Shown piece after piece: positions 47,349 through 55,594 of a stretch of 64,000 nt of DNA. Each line of letters begins with the position of its first letter. Within the stretch, counting starts at the first letter, position 1. Where the stretch lies: positions 64,001-128,000 of the IMG/VR virus record IMGVR_UViG_3300046171_000314; one strand, written 5' to 3'. The position numbers and the translations under genes were made by a program. Source of the DNA: a virus. The notes beneath the pieces are model-generated. The model had not been told where the DNA came from and did not search any database. It was given only the letters and a program-made list of their open reading frames with translations.

Positions 47349-47398
47349 ATCTCCTATTGCTTGTAATAGGATTACCGAAATGGGGTTGAGATCTGATC

Positions 47399-47414
47399 GT
47401 TAATTCCTCTATAT
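47399..47414 (+). promoter_or_regulatory. class A putative promoter
   Basis: GTTAAT-TCCT-CTATAT. Confidence 0.55.
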
Positions 47415-47444
47415 TTCTTTCAAAGTGAACATAAGGAGAAGAAC

Positions 47445-47783
47445 ATGTCTAATTTAAGAAGCAAAATCATTCGACTTGCTCACGCAAAACCTGAGTTGCG
47501 AAAGCACTTACTACCTCTTGTCACTAATAAAAAGGCTTACAAAGACCCTTGTAATGGAGGTTCTTACTTCGGTGATAGTTATGACGAGACTATGGTAGGT
47601 CTTGAAGAATGTCACGATGAAAAAATTAATGAAAAAAAAGTCGACGATGCTTTTGAATTACTCACAATATTAAGTAACGAAGATGATTTTGAATTTCCAA
47701 ATGGAATGGAAACAGTAAGTTTGAAATTTCGTCTTAATCGGGCAGAGTCTGAATTCGTGAAGTGGCATTACGACAACGTATAA
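47445..47783 (+). CDS. leader-bearing putative virion cargo protein 3
   Basis: MSNLRSKIIRLAHAKPELRKHLLPLVTNKKA leader then acidic domain. Confidence 0.75.
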   Translation: MSNLRSKIIRLAHAKPELRKHLLPLVTNKKAYKDPCNGGSYFGDSYDETMVGLEECHDEKINEKKVDDAFELLTILSNEDDFEFPNGMETVSLKFRLNRAESEFVKWHYDNV

Positions 47784-48164
47784 TCAATGTCTATCTAAGT
47801 GCTCTAACAAAAGAGCGTGGGCATCCATAAGATTGTTGTCTTTAAGGATGCTCAAGGCTACTTGATCACAGTGGCTCTCATCTAGGGTTTTCAAATAGAT
47901 GTGAGCCATTTCGTGTGCAAGGATTACGAACAGGTGGTCGGCACTGAACCAATCTGTGTGTAATATTTCTTTATCCAATAGAATCAGAGGTTGTGGGACA
48001 TCTTCCCAAACAGCAAAAGCGTGTGAGTCTTTGAACATTGACATTTCGAAGTGCCACTTGCTATCTTCAGGCAGTTCGAACTTATCATTATACTTATCGA
48101 GTACGAGTACGAGAATGCTTTCATCCAAAGGACAATCGAATCTTGTGTATTGCTCTAAGTTCAT
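47784..48164 (-). CDS. zincin-like metallopeptidase (HExxH)
   Basis: ILAHEMAHIYL...E..CD; GAGGTG RBS. Confidence 0.75.
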   Translation of the reverse strand: MNLEQYTRFDCPLDESILVLVLDKYNDKFELPEDSKWHFEMSMFKDSHAFAVWEDVPQPLILLDKEILHTDWFSADHLFVILAHEMAHIYLKTLDESHCDQVALSILKDNNLMDAHALLLEHLDRH

Positions 48165-48207
48165 ACTCACCTCATTAATGGGTATTGTTATAGGGGTTTT
48201 ATTGATT

Positions 48208-48223
48208 GATAATTGTTCTATAA
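48208..48223 (+). promoter_or_regulatory. class A putative promoter
   Basis: GATAAT-TGTT-CTATAA. Confidence 0.6.
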
Positions 48224-48255
48224 ACCTTTCTCAGTATTGAACGAGCAGGTAAGAT

Positions 48256-49413
48256 ATGTCTAAGAAGGTGTGGTCTGAACTAGAAAGTATTTGGTTTCGA
48301 GAAGCCAAATACAAAGACAAAAAAACCATCAAAAATAAAGATGGTGAAGAGACAACTGTTTATGAATACAGTGATCGTCAGGTCAATACAAGAAACAAGG
48401 AGAAGTCTAAGAAGGTCGAGAAGATACGACAGAACATAGATGCCCTTGAAAAAACGGTTTATTCTGATCTTAAGAGTAAAGAAAACAAATTGGTTGCTCT
48501 TGCGGTTGCTCTCATAAACCACACTTATGAGCGAGTAGGGAACGATGAGAGTGCTTCCAATGGTCACTATGGGGTAACAGGTTGGAAGAAGAAGCATCTG
48601 TCTTTCAAAGGCGGCAAAGCCATTCTTAAATACACAGGCAAGAGTGGTGTAAAGCACGAGAAAGAAATCACCGACAAGAAACTCGTCAGTGCTTTGAAAG
48701 AGATTTCAAAAGGATTATCAGGAGATGATTGTTTGTTGGAAGAGATCAGTGCCTCAGATGTGAATGACTATCTTGATCAATTTGGAATCACTGCGAAGGA
48801 TATCAGAGGATATCACGCCAACAGAGAAATGCAGGAACGCCTTAAAGCCCTCCGAGAAGAAAACGGTGCTCTGCCTAAGGATAAGAAAGAAAAAGAACAA
48901 CAACTCAAAGACGAGTTCAAAGAGGCATTAGAGGGAACAGCAAACTCGGTAGGGCACGAAGAGGCAACTCTCAGAAAGCAATACCTTGTGCCACACCTAG
49001 AAGACACCTATATGAAAGATGGTACGGTTATCACTACTCTGAAGGAAGCCTCTCGACTAGGGGACTGTTATGAGGCGGCAGGTAGGTATATGCTTGACAA
49101 CTGCCACAGGAAAAACCTAATTCTTGTCCATGCGGAGGTAACAGGTCAGGGTAGGATTGATGGTGTGAAGTACGGACACGCATTTATTCTTGATGGCAAT
49201 ACTGTAATAGATGTCTCAAATGGCAATAACATTAAGATGGAAAAAATGGTCTATTTCTTATTGGGTAAAATTGGGCAGTACGACCTGAAAACAGGGGATG
49301 TAGACACTAGCAAAGCCAATATGCACACATACACTTGCGACCAATTTCGAGAAAAGATTAGTAGACACGAACATTGGGGTCCGTGGGATCTTCAAACAAG
49401 TACAGGGTACTGA
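48256..49413 (+). CDS. DNA topoisomerase IB fused to a C-terminal Cys-His-Asp domain
   Basis: Catalytic pentad: ERVGN (R), GKSGV (K), KDIRGYHAN (R), VGH (H), RKQYL (Y); then GDCYEAA...GHAF...ID. Confidence 0.88.
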   Translation: MSKKVWSELESIWFREAKYKDKKTIKNKDGEETTVYEYSDRQVNTRNKEKSKKVEKIRQNIDALEKTVYSDLKSKENKLVALAVALINHTYERVGNDESASNGHYGVTGWKKKHLSFKGGKAILKYTGKSGVKHEKEITDKKLVSALKEISKGLSGDDCLLEEISASDVNDYLDQFGITAKDIRGYHANREMQERLKALREENGALPKDKKEKEQQLKDEFKEALEGTANSVGHEEATLRKQYLVPHLEDTYMKDGTVITTLKEASRLGDCYEAAGRYMLDNCHRKNLILVHAEVTGQGRIDGVKYGHAFILDGNTVIDVSNGNNIKMEKMVYFLLGKIGQYDLKTGDVDTSKANMHTYTCDQFREKISRHEHWGPWDLQTSTGY

Positions 49414-49414
49414 T

Positions 49415-51502
49415 ATGGAAAAAAAGATTTTCACCAAGTTACAGAAGAAGCACGTTCGAGTTGATCCCCAAATTCTTTCAGAGATTAGAGGAACACGAAT
49501 ACGTTCCGCAACTCTTGTGAGGATAGCAAAACAAGTGTTCGCAACCAAATCTCAATCTGAGAAAGAAGACGAAGAGGTTGAGAGATTACAGAAACCATCT
49601 CCAAAGAAGAAGCCTCCTCGTAAGGATAAATCTCGTAGAAGGGTAAAGATTAAAGACAAGGACACAGACAAAGACCCTGACTTGAACACCAAAGATATGT
49701 CAATGAACTACAAGATAGTGGGAAGTCAACTTGAAACCCTTTGGTTCAAAGATGCGAAGGAGGACTTGAACACTGTCCGTAGAAAAGAAGATGGAGAGGT
49801 CATACAGGTGTCTGACAATACACTCAAAGAAAGAGGCTCTGAGTTTGATATCGTGGAAGATGATGATGAAGACGAAGACACAGAGGTAGAGGAAGATACA
49901 GAGACAGAGCAAAACGAAACCTCAACAGAGAATGCCCCTGAGGATAAAGAAGACAAAGAAGAGGTTAAGAAGGAAGAAGAAAAAGAAGAAGCCAATACGC
50001 AAGGTGATGCCGTAAAGAAAGAGTTCAGTAAGACCTTAGAGGGGAAAGAGGGGGCGTTGGATTTCCTGTTGGAATTGGGGGATGATGTAAAAGCCTTGTT
50101 GTCTGAAAATGCGGATACCTTAAAAGGTGTTGAAAATATGAAGGTCATCCTGAAAGAAAAAGGTTCTTTGCTTGAGTCTATCCAAGATGCTTTGGAGGGT
50201 GATTATGGTTCTGAGTTTATGGATGCTGTTAAAGATGTTTTGGGTGAGGGGCTTGACACAGATGTTTCTGTTGAAATAATAGAGACATTAAAAAAAGTTA
50301 TTGATGAGGGAATAACAGATACCCCTGTCAAAGAGTTGGCAGAGTTGTCTGTTGATGAGTTGGAGCAGCGGATATTAGATGAAGCAGAGTTAAAAGATAT
50401 CCACACAGAGAAAACCAAAGAGTTGAAAGATAAATACAAGAAAGAGGTTCGTGAAAAATTCGAGTCTTTGTCGGATAGCGATGCAGGGATAGAAAAAGTT
50501 CATAGTATTCTTGCGGAGGTTTCTAACGCAGAGTTGTCCTACTTTTCGAGTGTTGTGAAAGAGCCTATGGATAAACTCGAAGAGATAGACAAGTCTTTGG
50601 AAGATAAGAAAGAGGAATTGGAAAAAGCAGAGGGAAAAGAGAAGCGAACTCTTGAAAAGGAGATCAAAGCCTTAGAGCAGGAGAAAGGTCAGTTAGAAGA
50701 GTCTTTGCCCAAGTTGAATACTGTAAAGAACATGGTTAATGTCAATGCTATTCTTAGAGGGGAAGATAGTTCAATAGTTGGGGAGGTGTCCGACAAACAA
50801 AAAAGTTTGATTTCTTTTTTGGGAGACCATCTTCCTGTTGAGGGTGTTCTTGACTCTATGTCTCAGATTGTTTCTGTTTCAGAAGATAGCGATAAAGAGG
50901 TGGAGTCTAAGACTCAAATGCAACTAGCGATTGGAAACTCAATGAAAGACCTGTCTATGGATCAGAAGATGAGTGTTCTTATGGATCAGAAAGTTTTTGA
51001 TGACAACAAAATATTTATTGAGGCTTTCAATAGATACGCAGAGCAAGCCAAGAGTCCTCTAATTACCGCAGCCAAACGAAAGGAACTAGAGGATATGGCT
51101 GATATGATGTTCTCAAGAGCAATGGCAGAAACTTTGGCAGGGTCAGAAGGCACGAGTAAGGATAAGAAGGATAAGAAGCCTTCTTCCTCTTTTTCCTCTA
51201 AAGAAAAAGCAAAAGAAAGATCTAACTTACTTAATTCTATTGGAAAAATTCTTGAAGAGAATCTTGGATCATTCCTTTCCGATCCTGATCAAGTTAATGA
51301 CGCAGACATTTCAGGTATGTCAGAAGGGCTTGATTCTGCTATCCAAGCCGAGTCTATTCGTGAGATGTATCGGAAAAGAATGGAAAATGCCTCTGAAGGC
51401 GAGAAGCAACTTTTGCAGAAAAAACAGGAAGAGGCTGTTGAACGAATGATGAAAAAGGCAAAAATAAGATCAAATCTCACTCTTCTTTGGGGTAAGATTT
51501 GA
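49415..51502 (+). CDS. large acidic coiled-coil protein, putative internal head protein
   Basis: 695 aa; VRIAK tag, LETLWFKDAK motif shared with topoisomerase leader. Confidence 0.65.
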   Translation: MEKKIFTKLQKKHVRVDPQILSEIRGTRIRSATLVRIAKQVFATKSQSEKEDEEVERLQKPSPKKKPPRKDKSRRRVKIKDKDTDKDPDLNTKDMSMNYKIVGSQLETLWFKDAKEDLNTVRRKEDGEVIQVSDNTLKERGSEFDIVEDDDEDEDTEVEEDTETEQNETSTENAPEDKEDKEEVKKEEEKEEANTQGDAVKKEFSKTLEGKEGALDFLLELGDDVKALLSENADTLKGVENMKVILKEKGSLLESIQDALEGDYGSEFMDAVKDVLGEGLDTDVSVEIIETLKKVIDEGITDTPVKELAELSVDELEQRILDEAELKDIHTEKTKELKDKYKKEVREKFESLSDSDAGIEKVHSILAEVSNAELSYFSSVVKEPMDKLEEIDKSLEDKKEELEKAEGKEKRTLEKEIKALEQEKGQLEESLPKLNTVKNMVNVNAILRGEDSSIVGEVSDKQKSLISFLGDHLPVEGVLDSMSQIVSVSEDSDKEVESKTQMQLAIGNSMKDLSMDQKMSVLMDQKVFDDNKIFIEAFNRYAEQAKSPLITAAKRKELEDMADMMFSRAMAETLAGSEGTSKDKKDKKPSSSFSSKEKAKERSNLLNSIGKILEENLGSFLSDPDQVNDADISGMSEGLDSAIQAESIREMYRKRMENASEGEKQLLQKKQEEAVERMMKKAKIRSNLTLLWGKI

Positions 51503-51604
51503 TAAAAATCGAAAATATTTGCATATTCTGTCTATAAACAGAACATATTGTCGATGGATTTATACCAACGACATTTTATTTATACCCATATTGGAGGCTT
51601 AAAA

Positions 51605-52301
51605 ATGAAGAAGATTTCAAAAAAGCAGGTAACAGCAAGCCTTGATCGCATTGCTGACTTGTTTCAAAACCATGCCGAGCAACTAGGAGTTCCCTCTCGT
51701 GTTGCTTTTGACTTTGCCTATCGTTGTGACTTACTTTCAGATGCCTTAGATAAAATGGCTTCCGAAGATAAGAAAGAAGAGAAGGAAGAAGAAAAAAGAA
51801 GAGGAAGAAAAGTCTGAGGAAGAATCTGAAGAAAAAGAAGAGAAGTCTGAGGAAAAAGAATCCTCAAAGAAGGCTCGTCTTTCTCGAAGAGCAGCCCTCA
51901 AAAAACTAGATCTTTTGTATGCAAAAATTGCTGCGGAAGAGGAAGCAGAAGAAGAGGAATCAGAAGAGGAAGAGGAAGAGGCAGAAGAGAAGGAATCTTC
52001 TAAGAAAGCCAAACTTACTCGTCGTGCCGCTATTCGTGAATTGGATCGTTTGCATAGACAAGTTGTTGCTAAGGACAGAAGATCAACTCGCAGAAGTCGT
52101 AAATTGGCTGATTTCGATCCAAATGATATTGGTGAAGACAAAGGTCAGGAAGTTGAAAGCGATGAAGCGTATATGAATGACTTTGGTGATGATCCTGCTG
52201 AATTGCGTTCAAAGCAAGAAGGTAAGGGTCTTGGTAAAGCAGCGGCTCGCAGACAACGTGCTCGTCGTAGAATGGCTAATCGTGTAAGAAGAAACCGCTA
52301 A
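51605..52301 (+). CDS. scaffold-like charged protein, apparent +1 frameshift in A-run 51792-51797
   Basis: MKKISKKQVTASLDRIAD...; removing one A joins to EEKSEEES...KKARLSRRAALKKLD and the 51915-52301 ORF. Confidence 0.65.
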
Positions 52302-52323
52302 TATTTGTTGGTAGGAGTTCCTT

Positions 52324-52890
52324 GTGGAAAAAGCATCAGCAGGTAGCGTGGTTAACCTCCCATTAAGGTCTGAAGACTTTCAAGTTGGCGACAGTATTGT
52401 CGCCCTTGATGGTCCGAGGGACAATGTTGGGAAGATAACCCGTTTATACCCTGCCATTGGTATGGCAGATGTTGAGTTCTCGACAGGAAATCATCGGATG
52501 CCTGTCGAAGAGATCAAGAAAGTCGATGAAGACGATAAGGGCTATGCTCCGAATACGGACTCTACGGTGGGTGGTGGTATAGATCTTGAGCCTTTTGGCG
52601 TTCGTGACATTAGTACAAAAGACCCCTCAAATTCTTTTGGGGTATTGGCTACTCGTGTTGCGAGGGCTTGGGTCAAGAAAGGTCTTTATTGGGCTTCTGT
52701 TGATCGTAAGTATCGTGCCACCAAGTCTGAGTGTGGTTCTCACTACACCTGTCCCAAATGTCCTGAGGTTGCTTTGAAAAAAGCCATCTATAAAAGAGAC
52801 AGTGGGGCAAGTGAAAAGTTGTGGGGATGTCCTAGTTGTATGTTCTTAATAAAGGACAGCGACATTACAAGATACAATGGAGGTATGTGA
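52324..52890 (+). CDS. hypothetical head-region protein with SH3-like and zinc-ribbon parts
   Basis: FQVGD...G.I...Y......DVEF; RVARAW tag; CPKC...CPSC. Confidence 0.65.
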   Translation: MEKASAGSVVNLPLRSEDFQVGDSIVALDGPRDNVGKITRLYPAIGMADVEFSTGNHRMPVEEIKKVDEDDKGYAPNTDSTVGGGIDLEPFGVRDISTKDPSNSFGVLATRVARAWVKKGLYWASVDRKYRATKSECGSHYTCPKCPEVALKKAIYKRDSGASEKLWGCPSCMFLIKDSDITRYNGGM

Positions 52891-54293
52891 TGGCTTTTAT
52901 GAAATATGCCTCTGCTCTCTTAATGTCCCCTAGTATTTCTCAAAGGGGTTGGAAAAAGGTTCGAACTGCTTCCATGAAAGCAGGCGGAAATCTTGTTCAT
53001 CAAGCCGAGAACATTTTTGGTCAAAAGTTTGATCCGAGTAAGTACTTATTGTCTCATTGTACGATAGTGGCTTCTGTTGATGTTGATGAAGTCTCCAATG
53101 TTAAAATGGGGTCTGTTCAAGAAGGTGGTAAGACAATTAATCGCAAGTATAGCGATTACTATATTACTCCCCAAACCTCTAAGTATGTAAATAACAATGG
53201 GGATTCTTGGTCAAGAGAAGTTCTTATGAAGTCTTACAAAACCTTTATAGGTTCTCATAACTTTCAAGAACATGTACAAATAGAAGACCTGTCAAAGGGT
53301 CGCATTATTGATGCAGTTGCTCGTGATGTTGGTGAGAGTATTTATATTGATATTCTTGTGGCTACGGATCGACAACACACACAATTAGTAGAGGACATAG
53401 AGAGTGGCAAAATGGCTACTCTTTCTATGGGATGTACTGTCGAAGCAACCATTTGCTCTCAATGTGGAAATGTTGCAGTAGATGAAACCGATATGTGTGA
53501 TCATATTAAATATGCCAAACTAAACAAGTTCTTTGACAAGAGCGGTAATCAAAGGGTTATTGCAGAACTTTGTGGTCACCCTGAGATGGGTGATACAGGC
53601 GGTGTTCATTTTATAGAAGCCTCTTGGGTTGCTGTTCCTGCTTTTACAGGTGCGGTAATGAGAAATATTTTGACACCTGAGCAAGTTAGTGCAGAAGTCA
53701 AAAAGAAGGCTACTGAGATTCTTTCTGTTCCTCCGAGTGAGTGGGTCAATCCTGAGGGCAATCAAAAGGTTGCTCGTGATGTATATGCTCGTGGAATGTT
53801 TGATGACGATGACGATGATGATGGCGGTGGCGGAGATGCCTCTCCAATTAAAGAGTTGGAAGATGAAATGGTTCAAGTGGTTAAGAAGAGAGTTCTTGAT
53901 CGATTGAAAACCGAAATGAATCCTCCAAAGGAAGAAGCAGAAAAAGATGCCCCAAAGACAGAAGATGCTACCACGTATCAAAATGATACGATAGTCAAAG
54001 AGGCTATGCGTAAAGGTGCATTGGAAGGTCTTGTAAAGATTTCCTCCTCTTCGGTGGAATTGGTTGATGGTATTGCTAGGCTCGATAGAGCGAACGGTGA
54101 GCCATTTGCAATAGATTTGTATCGTGCCTCTCTTAGAGTAGGTTCGACCACAAATTACCCTTCTTTGAGATCCTTTTTGGCACAATGTCATAAAGTGTTG
54201 AGAAGAAGATTTACTTCACAAGAAGCAAAAAAATTGGTTCGCCTTGCTAAACTCATAGAAATATGGGAGAAGCGGAGCAACTTTCAATCTTAA
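52890..54293 (+). CDS. prohead (maturation) protease
   Basis: NNNGDSW...SYKTFIG..NF.EH, GRIIDAV, LSMGC (catalytic Ser), FIEASWV..PAF; lies upstream of scaffold and MCP. Confidence 0.8.
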   Translation: MAFMKYASALLMSPSISQRGWKKVRTASMKAGGNLVHQAENIFGQKFDPSKYLLSHCTIVASVDVDEVSNVKMGSVQEGGKTINRKYSDYYITPQTSKYVNNNGDSWSREVLMKSYKTFIGSHNFQEHVQIEDLSKGRIIDAVARDVGESIYIDILVATDRQHTQLVEDIESGKMATLSMGCTVEATICSQCGNVAVDETDMCDHIKYAKLNKFFDKSGNQRVIAELCGHPEMGDTGGVHFIEASWVAVPAFTGAVMRNILTPEQVSAEVKKKATEILSVPPSEWVNPEGNQKVARDVYARGMFDDDDDDDGGGGDASPIKELEDEMVQVVKKRVLDRLKTEMNPPKEEAEKDAPKTEDATTYQNDTIVKEAMRKGALEGLVKISSSSVELVDGIARLDRANGEPFAIDLYRASLRVGSTTNYPSLRSFLAQCHKVLRRRFTSQEAKKLVRLAKLIEIWEKRSNFQS

Positions 54294-54325
54294 TAAACCC
54301 CCCTATTTTATAAAGGAGATATGTT

Positions 54326-55390
54326 ATGCGTAGACGCAGACTTACTTGGAAAAAAGCAGACTCTGATTTGCCTAATGAAGGATATGACCATCCTGCCTTC
54401 ATCGGACAACAACCTGCTGAAAAATATTTTATCGACAATGATGGTAACGGTGTTGGTTCTGAGCCTTCTGACTTTGCAGAAGATGTTCATCAAGGACCTT
54501 ACGACAATGGTGCTGAACCTGCTCTTCCTCACGAAGAATGGGATCATCCTGCATCAATGAAGCAAGCCGCTCGTGACATTCGTGCTAGTGTAGAACGCAA
54601 AGCCGCTAAGTGTATTCGTATTGCACAGGCGACTCTTGGAAAGAAGGCAACTGTTGCTGACATTGAAAATCAAGCCCTTGCTTTTATGGATATGCCTGAT
54701 TCTCAAATCGATGCTACTCTTTCTCGTCTTTCAATGCCAATGCCAATGGCACAAGAAGAAAAGGCTACTCTTTATGCAGAGGAAGACCACGCTCTTGAAG
54801 AAATGATGGCTGAGTTCTTGGCAGAAGATCACGAAGGCGAAGATGCAGAAGCAGAAGAAATGCTTGCTCAAATGCTTGCAGAAGAGCCTGTTGCTATGAA
54901 GCCCCCAATGATGTCCAATCAGAATGATCCTGAGCACTTTGAAGCACAGGAAGAAAAGGCTACTCTTTATGCGGAAGAAGAAGAGGCTATGATTGATCCT
55001 ATGATGAGTGATAATCATATGAGTGAGCACCATGAAGAACACGCTACTATGTATTCTGAAATGGATCATATGGGTCTTAATCCTATGATGGGTGAAGAAC
55101 TTGATGCAGAAGATGAAGACTTGCTTGCAAGTATCTTTGGTGGAAAGTTCGCTGCTGATGAAGAAAAAGAAGCAGAGGAAGAAAAAGCGGAAGATGAGAA
55201 GGAAGCAAAAGAAGAGGAAGCAGAAGAAAAAGAATCTTCTAAGAAAGCCTCTTACAAGTTGAAGCCTCGTGCTCGTAAAACTTCAAAAGGTGTCAAGTCT
55301 GTTGGAAACGTTTCTAAGACCGCAAAGTCAGAAATGGATGACCTTTCAAAACTTTGGCAATCTGCTCCTGACATTTCGGATATGTTTTAA
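54326..55390 (+). CDS. scaffolding-like acidic protein
   Basis: Very acidic, low complexity, multiple K-x-A sites; between protease and MCP. Confidence 0.65.
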   Translation: MRRRRLTWKKADSDLPNEGYDHPAFIGQQPAEKYFIDNDGNGVGSEPSDFAEDVHQGPYDNGAEPALPHEEWDHPASMKQAARDIRASVERKAAKCIRIAQATLGKKATVADIENQALAFMDMPDSQIDATLSRLSMPMPMAQEEKATLYAEEDHALEEMMAEFLAEDHEGEDAEAEEMLAQMLAEEPVAMKPPMMSNQNDPEHFEAQEEKATLYAEEEEAMIDPMMSDNHMSEHHEEHATMYSEMDHMGLNPMMGEELDAEDEDLLASIFGGKFAADEEKEAEEEKAEDEKEAKEEEAEEKESSKKASYKLKPRARKTSKGVKSVGNVSKTAKSEMDDLSKLWQSAPDISDMF

Positions 55391-55428
55391 TTCTCTATAA
55401 GAATTGAAAAATTGAGTTGAGTGAATGT

Positions 55429-55460
55429 AAATCCCACCGAGCAATCGGTGGGATTTTTTT
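55429..55460 (+). terminator. rho-independent terminator
   Basis: AAATCCCACCGA-GCAA-TCGGTGGGATTT then T-run. Confidence 0.85.
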
Positions 55461-55594
55461 ATTTATTTTCAATATTCATTCGATAATCCAACCTATATAT
55501 GATCACTCACACGTGGGTTGGTCTTTTAACCAAACTTTCTATTTAACTCTCTCCCTTGTAAACAGGGAGTATTGCCTATAAAAGGAGAAATCTT

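Noticed and set aside
51770-52000. GAA-rich tract as a DNA repeat element
   Set aside because: Explained by Glu/Lys-rich coding sequence of the scaffold-like protein
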